Shown piece after piece: positions 1 to 13,901 of a stretch of DNA of 64,000 bases (within the stretch, counting starts at the first letter, position 1; the number at the start of each line of letters is the position of its first letter). The stretch is from Camelus dromedarius. Its lineage: Eukaryota. A program made the position numbers and the translations under genes. The notes under the pieces are model-generated. The model ran no database searches and was not told where the DNA came from. It was given only the letters and a program-made list of their open reading frames with translations. The stretch is from the NCBI RefSeq assembly GCF_036321535.1, contig NC_087436.1, forward strand, positions 62,312,001-62,376,000, read 5' to 3'.

Positions 1-712
1 AAGATAGAAAATATTAACACAATGACCCAGAAAAAGAAAGAAGAAGAATGTAGTAAATTAGAATGAAAACTATAGATACAGAATCTAGGAAAAGGCAATC
101 TGAAGTATACGTAATTAGAGTTCACAATGAAAAAAGAAAGAAAAACCACTCAAAATATAACTCAAGGTAAGTTTCCTAAATTAATCTAAATTTTGGGATG
201 ATTTGCCTACAATACAAACTCCAGCATGTGTAGGATGGCATCCAGCTCTCATCATATTGCCCCAGGAGGAAAGAATTGGGACAAAGGGAAAAGAATTCAG
301 TTATTGTTAGGCATAAGTAATAATAATCTATCTCTTACCCAGAAATCATGCCTATTTTCAGGATAATAAAAATACATACATATATACATACATATATATA
401 TACATATTTAAATCTTAGGTGTAATAGTGAAAATTATAAACTGAGTATGAATTCAGATTATTCAAAATAAATATATATTCAAAGAAATATTTATTTTTTT
501 ATTTAAATCTTATCAACTAGTGTTACAATCACCTCCTAATCACTCTGTTGCTGTTACCATAGGGAATTCTACCCTAGGGTCAGAAGGGTGGCCAAACACA
601 TGGCACCAGACACTGGACAGACGAGATCAACAACAGTTTATTAGTCACATGTATTCCAACTTAAGGATCTAGAGCAATGTAGCATCTTATAAGACAAGTA
701 TTGAAAAATAAA

Positions 713-3700
713 GGTTTCTGGACTGTGGTCTGCCATGTAAAGAGCTTAGAAGTCCTCATTCTGTCCTAACAACACCAGCAAAAGAAACATAAAGGAACGG
801 AAAAATCAACAATGCTTCTTGGCTGTCAGAGAAGTGAGATTACAGGGCAAACTGATGTCACCAACAATTGGAGAAAGACAAGTGAATACAGAGAATCACA
901 AATTACTGGAGGAGAAACCCACCAGCAGAAATCTCTGTGGGAAGAGTGTCAATGCAGGAAAACCAAACTGTAATTGACAAATTGCTGGAGTCTCATTGTA
1001 GACAATTCTGAGAATTAAAAACTCTAGGGAAGCCCAGTCAGAGAGAGCACCCACACTTTTCTGAGTTTTACCACCAGGTAATTGACCAGGTTCCCACAGT
1101 GAATATCACAGAAAAATTCCATTCTGCTTGTGGCAGAAGGACGGGAAAATTAACCATTTTGAAATTGGCCAGAAAAAGTTTTAATAGGACTTTCCCTCAA
1201 GAGAAACTGTTTCACTAGAGCTTAAGCCATTGGGGTTAATTGACCTGGGGCAAGAGATGTATCTAAGTATGGCCTACTCTAGCCATCCTGTCCTAAGATA
1301 AAAGAAAAAAACAACAACTGGGAAGTATTTGCGAATTTCAGAGTTTAGAGGTGTTGTCTAAGTACTTAGACTGAGACAAACATAGGACTACAGAGTATGT
1401 CTTAAGTAATCAAACATTACTACCACACTACTGGAGGTCTATTAACCATCATTTAAAAAAATAATACATCATTTCTGGTTCCTGAGAAAAAAGTTGCTAG
1501 GCATATGAAAAGGCAAGATAAATAAGTAAATAAACAAATAAATATAGAAGTGAAAAAAATTAGAGCAAGCACCAGAACAAAGCATTGCAGAGATGTTGGA
1601 ATTATTATTGGAATGGAAATTTTAAAAAACTATGGTTAATATGCTAAGTGCTCTAATGGATAAAGTAGACAATATACAAGAACAGATGAGTATTATAAAC
1701 AGAGAAATGGAAATCCCAAGAAAGACTCAAAATGAAATGCTAGGGATCAAAAACACTAAATAAGAATGAATGAAAAGGAGAATGGTTTTAGTGGTCTCAT
1801 TAAAAGACTAGATTTGGTTGAAGGAAGACTCTGAGCCTGAGGAAATGTCAATAAATATTTGTAAAACTGAAAAATAAACAGGAAAAATACTGAAAAAAAA
1901 AAAAGAACAGAGTATCCAATAACTGTGCGACAACTACAAAGTGAATAACCTATGCATTATAGGAATATACAAAGCAAAAAAAAAAAAAAAAGAGACAGAG
2001 AGTAAGAGGAAGAAATAGAAGAAATATTTGAAACAATATTAGCAATATTGACTGAGAATGTACCCAAATTAATTTGAACAGTAAGCCATAGACTGAGGAA
2101 ATCCAGAGAACTGGATAAATGCAAAAAAAAAGTTAAAAAAAATCTATCCCTAAACATATCACATTCAAATTACAGAAAATCATGAAGAAAAGAATTTTTA
2201 AGAAGCGAGAGAGGGAAAATAAGCTGCCTACAGAGGAACAGAAACAGGAATTGCATCTTACTTCTCCTTGGAAACTATAAAAGCAAGAAGAGACTGAACT
2301 ATTTAAAGTATTGGAAGAATAAAACTATTTAACATATTGGTAGAAAAAAATGACCAACTTAGAATTCACTGGTGAATTCTACCAAACATTTAAGGAAGAA
2401 ACTATACACAGTTTGCTATATGCCATAAGATAGAGGGCTCAGAAATACTTCCAAACTCATTCTAGGTGCTGGCATTATTCTAATCCCAAAACCAGACAAA
2501 GACACTACAAGAATAGAAAACTATAGACAAATATCTCTTCTGAACATAGATGCAAAAACTCTTATCAAAATAAAAGCAACTTAAATCCAACAATGTATGA
2601 AAAGAATCATACATCATGATCAAGTAAGATTTATTTCAGGTATGCAAGGCTGGTTAACATCAAAAATCAACTAATGTAATCCACTATATCAACAGACTGA
2701 AAAAGAAAAATCATGGTTCATAACAATTGATGCAAAAAAGTATTTGAAAACATTAAACACCTATTTGTCGTTAAAAAAAAAACTTCTCAGTAAATGAGTA
2801 ATCAGAATGAATTTCCTCAACTTGATAAAGAATATCTACAGACACCTACAGCTAACATCATAATTAATGCTGAGAAATGCAAAGCTTTCTCACTAAGATA
2901 AGGAACAAGACAAGGGTGGTGTCCCCTTTAGTATTCATTTCCAGCATCATACTGGAAATCCCAGGTAGTGCAATAAGACAAGCAAAGAAACTAAAATGTT
3001 CAGTGATGAGAAAAGAAGAAGTAAAACTATCTTTGTTCACAGATGGCATGATTGTCTATGTAAAAAGTCCAAAAGAATCAACAAAGAAACTCTGGGAACT
3101 AATAAGAAATTATAGAAAGATTGCAGGATACAAGGTTAATATACAAAAGCCAATTGCTTTTTTATATACCAACAATAAACAAATAAAATTGAATTTAAAA
3201 TACACCACCATTTACCAGCCTCCCCACCCCAAAATGAGATACTTTGGTATAAATCTAACAAAATAAGTACAAGATCTGTATGAGAAAAAAATATAAAACT
3301 CTAGATGAACGATATCAAAGAACTAAATAAATAGAGAGATGTTCCATGTTCTTTGATAGGAAAACTCAATTTTAAGATGTAAGTTCTTGGCAACTTGAGA
3401 TATAGATTCATCACAGTCACAATCAACATCCCAGCAAGTTATTTTGTGGGTATTGACAAATTGGTTCTGTTGTTTATATTAATAGTCAAAAGATCCAGAA
3501 TAGCCAACACAACATTAGAGGAAAAGAACAAAGTTGCAGCACTGACACTATATGACTTCAAGACTTAATATAAAGCTATAGTAACCAAGACAGTGTGGTA
3601 TTTGTGAAAGAATATACAGATGGACCAATGGAGTCTATTTGGTCTATAGATAGTAGAGAATCTAGAAATAGACCCCCCCATATGTACATACGGTCAACTG

Positions 3701-4110
3701 ACATTTAGCAAAGGAGAAAAGGCAATACTACAGAGCAAAGACAAAAAGATAGTAGTCTTCTTCATAAATGGTTTTGGAACAACAAGACATCCAAATGCAA
3801 AAAGAAATAAAAGAATCTAGACACAGCTAATAACCCTTCACAGATATTAATTCAGAATATAACAGAGGCTTAAATGAAATGCTAAACATAAAACTCCTAG
3901 AAGATAACATAGGAAAAACTCTAGATAATCTTGAGTATAGTGATTACTTTTTATATACAATACCAAAGGCATGATCCATGAAAGAAATAATTGATATGCT
4001 GTACTTAATTAAAATTAAATGTTCTGCTCTGTGAGAGAAATTGCCAAGAGAATAAGAAGCCCACCCACAGACTGGGTGAAAATATTTGTAAAAGATGTAT
4101 CTGCAAGATG
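713..4110 (+). mobile_element. Ancient degenerate LINE-1 (L1M-type) with 5'UTR, ORF1 remnant and ORF2 RT-to-C-terminal remnant; endonuclease region missing
   Basis: ORF 2877-3266 translates to L1 RT-like sequence (KEEVKLSLFTDGMIVYVKSPKESTKKLWELIRNYRKIAGYKVNIQKPIAFLYTNN). ORF1-like A-rich sequence at ~1550-2365. Many stops and indels. Confidence 0.88.
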
Positions 4111-4864
4111 TTTTAAAATTTTATTTCATATGTCTTTCACATAATTCTTGCTTTTACTTGGACTGCATGTCTTGACTTAAAACATTTAAGCCAGATTAGC
4201 TAATTATTTAAAAACACATTGCAACTCACAAAAATAGAATTTAACAAATGGAAAGAAATACCATGTTCTTGGATAGAGAGATTCAACATGAGAAATATGT
4301 TTACTCCCTCAAGATAGAGTCTATATTATGTTTCCTTGAGTCTCTTAGTCATTAGGAGCAGTGTAGATATGTTCATTGATTTAACAGTTTAATTTTAATA
4401 TTAAAGAGATTGGATGCTCATTGGAATAAATCTGTGGCATAGGAAATAAAAAGGGAAAGTCTTCAACTATCACCCACCCAACTTTGTCCTATTTGTAACA
4501 AATTTAATAATTCAATGTGTGTCATTACATATATTTCCCCTGCCCTTCTTTTGAGTATTTTCTCTATTTTATGGAGACTAAAATACACACTTTTTAAAAT
4601 TTGTTAAATTGTCATCAAAGCAGTTTTGAGTTATTTTCTACATTTCTAAACTTCATTCTTAAAAGAGAAGTTCCTATCATGAATTCCCAATAAAGACAGT
4701 GGTTGCTTGTAGACAGATTAAACATAGAAATGTATTACTTCTCTTTACTGAGTGGTGTAGTGTTTCACTAATATGGCATAAGTCTTAATCCAAAGATACC
4801 ACTGGATTTATTTCCATTTAAAAAGTGTAATTGAATATAAAGAATAATGGTATGTGGTTTTCAA

Positions 4865-5075
4865 TAATAAAGTGGTTAGGAGCACAGGCTTTCCAGTATG
4901 TGCACACTGACTTAAAGCCTGGTCCTGCCATTTAATACATGTGTGCCCTTTTTCATTTCAACCTTCCGATGGGTCACTTTTTCCACATGTGAAATGGAAA
5001 TGACTATGGCCCCTACATCTAGGGGTTGTTATAAAGAATTACAGTGTAGAGTAAACATTTAAAACACTTTGGCAA
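4865..5075 (+). mobile_element. MIR SINE remnant
   Basis: MIR-like motifs: ggagcacaggctt...cctggtcctgccattt...tttccacatgtgaaatggaaat...cctacatctaggggttgttataaaga. Confidence 0.65.
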
Positions 5076-6760
5076 TTTTGGAGGAATGGCTCGTTTTTTA
5101 AAATGAAATGTTTATATCTTGAGGTGTGAAAAAATATATATTTAGTCAGTTTGTCAGTGTGGATAATGAATACTTTGGTGGAGGTCACATTAATAGTAAT
5201 CAGGCTATAGATAATAAAATATTGAATTAACCCAAGTGAAGATGTGAGTGGGATGTATAATAAATTATCAGAATTACCATACTTCAAACATTGCTGATTT
5301 CATTCTTGAGATTTAACAAAGGCTTAATTTTTGTTTATTTTTAAAGGAGCATGTTTAAGAGGGCTAAGGACAAAAGATGATCTGAAAAATATTGGTTGTG
5401 AATAGAGTAGGTGGAAGACCACATGCTGGGTATGTTTGCCAGTGCAGTGATGTGTTCTCTGTATACTTTTGTTCATTTTGTCTTTTTGTGGACTGGTCCT
5501 TGTACAAACCTATAATTTTATTGCAGATGAAATAAAGAAATGGTTAAATATGCATTTCTTTGCTATAATTCAGTATTTAGATGAGCTTCCATGTATCTAT
5601 TCTGCTAAACAATTCAAGACTTAGACTGAGAGCAACATGTATAGAAAGATTGTATCACTAAGAATTCATTTGATAATATTAAAGCATTGATTGACACTTT
5701 ATGCAAATCACTATTATAGATATCTCTACAAACAGGCAAATGGACTTGGATTTATTTTTAATCCATATGATGAAAAGAGTTAAGTCTCTCTCCAAGCAGC
5801 TAATGTGATAATTGACTGTGTTAACAGCGGTATAAATTCCATAAAAAGGGAGTTGAATCTTCTGCTTCATTTTGCTGACAAAACACCTTCTGGATATTAT
5901 ACCTCCTTTCTTTTACTATTGACAATAAATAATTATTTTAAAGGAAAACCAGCACAATAGCAATTATTTGGACATAAAAAAGGAGATTGAAAAATTTTGC
6001 AGGCCTCTTCAAATCTTTGTGTGCTTTGTGAAGTTGAGATTAAATAAGAGGTCTGTGTGATCACAGGTGGTTAACAGTAGCTGAAGATTAATAGGTGGAG
6101 TTCAAAAGTAGTAATATTTTGGTAGGATATCAGAATGGACTTTCTAATAAATTTCATGTCAACAATCAGGTTAATTGCACTAAGAGGTAGTCTCTTGCTA
6201 CCAGAAGTATTTAATCAGAGGCCAAATACCTAATGTTTGGAGATTCCCCAAGTATTTATTTTAAAAAATAAGATAAAATCAATATTATACAAAGAATAAG
6301 ATAATAGATATCTTTCTAAATTGTGTATGTACTCACTAGTAAATGATTATTAAATTATGGATTTTATGTATTAAACCACCTTAATAAAGTGTATGATTGT
6401 TATGTTAAATAGACAGATAATTCCATTGCAAGACAAAGTTCTAAATTTTTAGAAACTTTGGAAAAAGTGAGCATTAAGTTTTAAATTTCAAGGGAAAGTA
6501 ACAATTTCCCTAGTAAATCCTTTTATGGTTATACATGTTATGCATGTCTATCCATATATCTATCCACGTATCTATGTTTCATCATACTATAAACATCCTT
6601 TAAACTGCTATAAAAATATGAATCATGGTAGACGCTTAAAGTGACAGGTGAAAGAGTCAGTGAACTTTATTTTATTTATTTTGATAAACATAAATTATGA
6701 AACCTGAACAACTAAGAGAAAAATACATTTAAAGGCAGATAAACAAAGCTTCAGAAATGT

Positions 6761-6835
6761 GATATATATATATATATCTACATACATATTTATATATATA
6801 TGTAGAGAGAGAGTATATACATATATACATATATA
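6761..6835. repeat. (TA)n-rich microsatellite
   Basis: Interrupted tatata/tacata tract. Confidence 0.8.
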
Positions 6836-7018
6836 TGGCTACTTACCTAAAATTTAAATTTTAGAATCCCTCCCATGCATCAAATTCTTACCTTATTTAT
6901 CTTGTCCATTTTAAAAGCACATTTCTTCAGAAAGCTTTCTATATCTACTGACTTCCTTTATGTATTATTCTTCTCCCTTTTACTACTTCAGTAAGTATAT
7001 AATACACACAACATTATT

Positions 7019-7796
7019 TTTTTAACATTTTTTATTGATTTATAATAATTTTACAATGTTGTGTCAAATTCAAATGTAGAGCACAATTTTTCAGTTATAC
7101 ATGAACATATATATATTCTTTGGCACGTTTTTTTCTCTGTGAGCTACCATAAGATCTTGTATATATTTCCCTGTGGTATACAGTATAATCTTGTTTATCT
7201 ATTCTACATTTTGAAATCCCAGTCTATCCCTTCCCACCCCCGCCCCCTTGGCAACCACAAGTTTGTATTCTATATCTATGAGTCTGTTTCTGTTTTGTTT
7301 GTTTGTTTGTTTGTTTTTAATTTTAGATTCCACATATGAGCGATCTCATATGGTATTTTTCTTTCTCTTTCTGGCTTACTTCACTTAGAATGACATTCTC
7401 CAGGAGCATCCATGTTGCTGCAAATGGCATTATGTTGTCAGTTTTTTTGGCTGAATAGTATTCCATTGTATAAATATACCACCTCTTCTTTATCCAATCA
7501 TATGTTGATGGACATTTAGGCTGTTTCCATGTCTTGGCTATTGTAAATAGTGCTGCTATGAACATTGGGGTGCAGGTGTCATTTTGAAGTAGGGTTCCTT
7601 CTGGATATATGCCCAGGAGTGGATTCCTGGGTCATATGGTAGGTCTATTCCTAGTCTTTTGAGGAATCTCCATACTCTTTTCCACAGTGGCTGCACCAAA
7701 CTACATTCCCACCAGCAGTGTAGGAGGGTTCCCTTTTCTCCACAGCCTCTCCAGCATTTGTCATTTGTAGATTTTTGAATGATGGCCATTCTGACT
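7019..7796 (-). mobile_element. 5'-truncated young L1 (ORF2 C-terminus plus 3'UTR), same family as the full-length copy
   Basis: Minus-strand ORFs give [18 protein letters not shown] (CCHC) and ...YHMRSLICGI*. Near-identical to 20559-21385. 16-bp TSD with 1 mismatch: tacacacaacattatt (7003-7018) / tacacaccacattatt (7797-7812). Confidence 0.95.
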
Positions 7797-7929
7797 TACA
7801 CACCACATTATTGAAAACGTTCTTGTAAATTTTCCCCAAAGATTCCTTTCCAAATAGTATGGCCAACTGTGTGTCATTGTGTCATGACTTAACATCTAAC
7901 AGATTTTAACACCCTTGAATACACCATCC

Positions 7930-8640
7930 ATGACACAATTTCTTCATTTGACTTCTAGAACAAACCACTAACTTGATTTTTCTCTGATCTCCCTAGACAC
8001 TTCTAAGTTTCTCTTGTGAAATTCTTCTCCTCTTATAGATCTCTTTATGTTTGTGTGACTCAGGGATTAATCTTTGGCTTTCATCCTGTGTCGGTAATGG
8101 TAATTTCCTGTTTCACATACCAGCTCTGATTTTGCCCATGGATTCCAGACTAAATATATGTCTTTACTTGAATTCTTCACCTAGAGGATACTTAAAAAGG
8201 AAATCTCATTTCCTTCTTTCAGCCCAGACCTTTTCTCCCAGTCTTGCTCATCTCTGCATTATATATTTTTGGTGATGGCTCAGTCCTAGAACCAAACGTT
8301 AATTCATCACTTTCCCTTACCTCTAGTATCCAATTCAACAAGCCTTTTTTTGATCTACCTTCAAAATTTATCTCTAAAAATAAAATATGTTTATTTGCCT
8401 CTCAAGACTTTTACTCTTACCTTCCAGTTCTAGATTCCCTCATCTGTAGCCCAGATGAACATAAGGCATTTATGAATTGCCTACTTCCAGTCTTATTCTC
8501 CTATGGTCTATTCTCCACTCAGCAATTCAAGATGAGAGAAAATAAAACATATTTCCCCAGTTCTTCTTGCTCTAATATCATTTGCTTTCATTTGCTGAGT
8601 GATAATCCATTCTATTCCTCATCTATCAGAAATGTTCAGT
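7930..8640 (+). mobile_element. LINE-2 remnant
   Basis: Pyrimidine-rich sequence with L2-like motifs (ccagactaaatatatg...cttgaattcttcacctag; atccaattcaacaagcc). Confidence 0.55.
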
Positions 8641-9269
8641 ACACAAATTAGTCAGGACTTACATTCCAGTTATATCTCCCCCTTTTTAAATAATAATAAA
8701 AATACACAAAAAATTCTTCTGTTTTAGAAAATGACAGGTGGTTCTTATTTAATCTTACCTAATTTCCATCTTTTTAATCACTCGTTCAAAGATATTCATC
8801 GTAAATATTACCTTATACTTATCTATGATTTATTGGTCTGTTACTTTCATCTATATATTTATAGCAAGTAAAAAAAATCAGTGACATCTAATTTTAGGGA
8901 TATTAATTTTCACATATAATTTATAACATATAACCATATAGCAACTGGTTTTAAGCTATTTTATAAAAGACCTTTCACAGAATATTAAAGTAGTTTGTTT
9001 CTCTGCTTTATAATCATATTCATTACTTAAAATTATTTCCTTGAAGAAGTTCATGAGGCAAAGAAATGTTTCGTTGATGTCAAGACCGATGGATATGGGA
9101 GATATAAAACAGAATCACCACACCTTTCTTAAGAGATACAGATAAAATCAAGTAACTGGTTCTAGGTCACAAAATCAATGGGAGATGGACCTGTGAATCC
9201 TTAGTTGCTTGTCTTTGACAATTGCCTGTACTCTGAAATTGAAAATATTCACTGAATTCCTGAATCATG

Positions 9270-9380
9270 TCCCTATATCCATTTTTATAGACGAGAAAAC
9301 TGAGTCTCATAGAGGAGAGGTCAGCAGACCAGGATGACAAGAAAGCATGTAACAGAGTTAAAATCATGTGAGTTCTAGAA
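9270..9380 (-). mobile_element. MIR remnant
   Basis: ccatttttatagacgagaaaactgagtctcatagag resembles the MIR core (cccattttacagatgaggaaactgaggctcagagag). Confidence 0.6.
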
Positions 9381-9799
9381 ATGTTAACAGGATGTATTTT
9401 ATGTGATACTCTGTTTAACAAAAACAGTTATGATCCTGTCCTTCATAAAAATGGGTTTAGTAAACATTAATATTAAATTCAACTATATTATTTCAATAAA
9501 GTTTAGTCTCAAAAATTATTTTAAGAATTAAGGAAGTTGAATAAAGGCAGGAAATCATTGTCCTTAATCATATGTTTTCCTCACTTTCATTTTTATAAAT
9601 AGTTATTTCAGGTGTTTGTTATTATTGAATCACTAAATATAATACAACCTGAAAGACCAATGACAAATTTAATTACAGAAGGACTAGTTTTGACTAGTAA
9701 CCTTTTCATATTTGTTGAATATGGAAATAGTCCTGGATATGTTTCTGGTAACAAATATAGTATCTTAAAATCTAAGAATGTCAGAGTTGAAAGTTATCT

Positions 9800-9960
9800 G
9801 CATTATCCAGGCATCTTTCAGTTGCAAGTGATAGAAACTCAATTCAACGTGGCCTAAGAAAGAATGATTCAAACACACACACACATGTATGAAATTTATT
9901 TGATGGGGATTGAGTAACTTACAGGATTCAAGGCAGCACTTCAGGAAGTAGGGCAGCCTT
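9800..9960. mobile_element. Old ERVL/MaLR-type LTR fragment
   Basis: cagttgcaagtgatagaaactcaattcaacgtggcctaag...aatttatt resembles LTR33/MLT1-class termini; family from memory. Confidence 0.45.
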
Positions 9961-11072
9961 TAGGTCTCTCGGAACTGCTCACCCAGGGGATTGTCTGCAT
10001 CTCTTTTCTGCCTTAATTCTTGGTGTTCATGCACTTTCTTGTATTTTTCAGCATAGTTTCAGGTAATTCTTGAGTTATTCTCTTAAAAGCTTTATAACAG
10101 AGAGAAAGGATAATACTTTCTCTGCCATCGCAGGAAGGAAAATTCCATGGATGAATTCCAGTGGTTACAGGCACTACTTTGATCCATTTGTCCAGGGCTT
10201 TGGTCACTATAGTTTCTCAACATTGGTAACATCACTAGTCCTAAAGTGGTCAGGAGAGTAAGTTCTATTGATAGAAAATGGAGAATACAGATCTGCCAGA
10301 AAAGGTAATAATCACAGGTTACCCCTTGGTTGCCCAACACACATGACTACACACATAAATGTATTTTTCCTTACTATAATTTTTGAAGAATGTACTCTCC
10401 CCCATTTTATTCTGGTTATCCAATTTACAGTCATGAACAAACCCCTTCACAATAATATTTAATGACTGGTTTGGAAATTGAATCAACAATATATCTGCTC
10501 AATGTGAATTCCACCCTGAAATATCTAGAAGTGGTCAATCATAATACCACAACCTAGCAAAAACGTACACATACATATAAACCACAGAAACTGTAAACAT
10601 TCTAAAATCTATGTAGAGAAAATAAGAAGAAATTCTATCTTATGGTCCTTAGAGATCAAAGCTAATATAACTTAATAAACAGAATTTTGCAAGTACTGCT
10701 ATGTGTTGAGTGATTCCCTTGGTCAAACTTTATGTCTGAGAAAATTCCCTTTCCCCAGAGTTTTGAGGGGACACATGAAAGTGGAGCACTGGGGAACAAG
10801 TACAAGAAATCAAGCATTCCAGTTTTCTGTCCTTTTCTATCAGGTCCCTACAGCAAAGCTCTCCTACAGTGTTCTCAGAAAAGAACATGTGTACTGAGCT
10901 ATTTATTCCCTCAGTCTTCAGGTGGCATGGCAGAAACAAGAACTGTGGAAACTTTGGGCCAATGTCTGACCTTCTTTTAAGATGTTTATGTAGTGACATA
11001 AGCATATACAATTTTCTAGGCATTTGATGAAATAAAATATATATAACTATTTGCATATGTATTATGTATCTA

Positions 11073-11097
11073 TGTGTGTGTGTGTGTGTGTATGTAT
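11073..11097. repeat. (TG)n microsatellite
   Basis: tgtgtgtg tract. Confidence 0.85.
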
Positions 11098-12168
11098 ACA
11101 CATTACTCCAAAGCTACAAGTTAGTTGAACACATATTTTAAAACTGAAAATTCACGTAACAATCACTTAAGCAGTTGAATTGCCAAAACATAACAAATAT
11201 GGTTGTCTTCCTAGACCAAGATGGAGAAATCCTCATTATCTACACCCTCCTCTTAATTTGGTCAGGTTCACATTTAAAAGTCCTTCATAACACTCCATAC
11301 CAAATGCTAATTTTATGTTAGCTCAAGTTGCAATGATTGTAGACAAGAGAAACTGATGTGAGCTAACAATAAAAATGGGATTTATGGTAAATATGTGGAA
11401 TAATTGTAGGAAAAATGAAGAAATTAGAGAAGTTTTAGTGAATATAGGGTCTGAAATCTGGGACCTGAAACTAGATCATCAGGTAATCGAGAGTCTATCT
11501 CATTTGAGGAACACAAATAAGGACAGGATATGAAAAAATTTAAAAAGGAATTAGTGAAAAACAAATTCAAAGAATAAGTAAATACCAGATTATGATAAAC
11601 TGTTTGGGTGTTGTGCTAAGTAAAATTTGACAACTTTTCCATATGAGAGAGAAAACACCTAGCTTGCAGTTCATTTTTCATAATCTGTCCTTGGATGTAT
11701 TATGTCCCAGGTTTTCACAAGTGTCCCCCTATATCCAAGTGTGCCACACATTGAATGGCCGCTTGTTAGGAATGAGGCAAACAAGGGCAACAAAATTAAG
11801 GGCTTTTTAAAATTTTCCATTTCAACATTGAAATACAATTGAAAATGGAGCTGCTGAGTAAAGTTATAACCAGCTAGTGCCAAAGGAGAATAATAAATGA
11901 TCTTAAATCTTTTGATTCCTACGCTCTGTTCTTCATGCTCTTTCATGAACAGGCATTTTGTTAATAAGTTGTTTAGCCGTGACTTGAAAACTGAACACAT
12001 AAAGTATAATTTTTGAGCTGTTAGTACCTTTAGTCTGATTTTCTACTTAATTTTTCCTTAGAAATTTTTTGATGAACATTTGTATTTATCTTCTCCAAAA
12101 TCCCTTTGGAGTGAAACTAAACAGCACTTTCAGATAGCAGGACTGTGAGCTAACACAGAGGCCCTGTG

Positions 12169-12233
12169 TAATGCAGTTAAATCCTATGGCATACTTACTT
12201 AATGCAGTTAAGTCCTAAGGCATACTTACTTAA
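12169..12233. repeat. 31-bp tandem duplication (2 copies)
   Basis: taatgcagttaaatcctatggcatacttact / taatgcagttaagtcctaaggcatacttact, 2 mismatches. Confidence 0.9.
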
Positions 12234-13694
12234 AGTAATAGAAATTTCCAGAGATCACAAGACTGGCCAAATTTTGTCTGTCCGAACTCTGCATATACCA
12301 GAAGTGGAAAATTCTGTCTTCATAGCTACATGAAAGCTAGAAATCTCTTAGATATCCTGGAGTAGAGCCACAAAGTGACTTAAGTTTGAGAGGTAGTTCT
12401 GAAGTGAGTGCTTTGTTGCACTAGCAAGTGACAGAGTGCAAAGTCTTCCGAACAGACAGAAAAATGGGTAAGAAAAGAATTATCTTCTTGTAAAAAGAAT
12501 CCTTGCCAATTGGGTTTGACTCAAACTCCCATCAGGAGAACCAGCTGAGGGAGCTGTAATAATTTTATCTTAATGTAGACAAGAGTGTTGATAAACACTT
12601 GAAGGTCTGAAAGAGATTAACAAATAAGTAAAACACTGCTTGACCAAACTGTATCTCTTCAATAAGAAAATAGATATAACTCCACCAAAAAAATATCAAT
12701 TCTAAAAATATGCTAATAGAGTTCTTTTTATTTTGGAAACATGAAAAATGGACATTTTAAAGTGTACATTATTTTGGAAATAACAAATATTTGTAATAAA
12801 GATGAATAAAAGCCAACAGTTCAAGATAATGAAAATCAAGGAAGAGTATTTAAGGCATTTTGAAACTGGGGGAAATAATCTAATGCAGAGGCCAGCCAAA
12901 ATTGGTGGGAAAAATAGGTGTAGTTTACAAGAACCTCGATTGTGAATGTTTAGATATCTCAATTATATTATCAAAATGTAGTGAAATATTGAAGATCTGT
13001 GTACAATAAAATGAGCCACTTCTATTTTTGATTTATAGAATCAGTATCAATCTGATTTGAAAAGCATTATTTATTTTGACATTTTCACCTAATTGCTAAA
13101 ATTTTAGCGGTATCCAGAATAATAAAATCAAGTTGAAAATACACATCCAATGGATTTGGGGGGAAGGCACATTTTTGGCAAGATTGTTTTCAATAATTAT
13201 TTGTAATTTTTAGTCTTGTCATCTGTGCTGAGTCAGAACTGAGCAATCAACATGAGCTGTTAACAATCACTAGTTTTTCCTTGTCTCCTATTTTCCATGT
13301 GGCTTTTAAATATGGAGCTACAACATTTGGTTAATGGGTGTCTCTTATATAAAGTTACCGAGTTGCCTATAATTGTCATCTGCCTAATAGTTTTCTTTTT
13401 CTGTTATGTTTTTTCAGAAACATTAACTTTCCTCAGTTGTTAAGAGAGAGCAGTAGCCACCTATAAACATGATTGTCATTAAGAACTCAGAGCCTTAGTA
13501 CAGCAAAAATATATGTCAATGTATGCATTGCAGGAATGAACGAGAGCCACCTGGACTATGAATTAATGACACGAAAACAGTGGAGATGGACATAGTTCAG
13601 AGAACTTACAGAAGCCTGTAGTTCCTTAATACTCCTTATTTTAAAAAAGCCTTATTTACTTCCCAGATGCCAATCTATATGTGTATATATTTTT

Positions 13695-13901
13695 CATTTT
13701 CCAATTTTTATATTTTTCTATGCTCTGGAATAGTTTAAGTAGCACTGGAATTATTTGTTATTTAAATCTTGATAGCACTTATCTTTGAAAAGAGACGTTC
13801 AACTATGGATCCTGTACACGATGCTGTATACCATTTTCCAGTTTTTTTCTATGCTCTGGAATAGTTTAAGTAGCACCAGAATTATTTGTTATTTAAATCT
13901 T
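13695..13901. repeat. ~70-bp direct duplication of an old antisense L1 ORF2 fragment
   Basis: ttttctatgctctggaatagtttaagtagcac(tg/ca)gaattatttgttatttaaatctt occurs at ~13714-13770 and ~13845-13901. Confidence 0.88.

Noticed and set aside
5701..5708. Octamer ATGCAAAT (also at 35696 and 61203)
   Set aside because: Several occurrences are expected by chance in 64 kb of AT-rich DNA, and there is no supporting context.
8051..8651. ORFs of 74 and 135 aa
   Set aside because: Non-ATG starts, located in an L2 relic, with no recognisable protein similarity.
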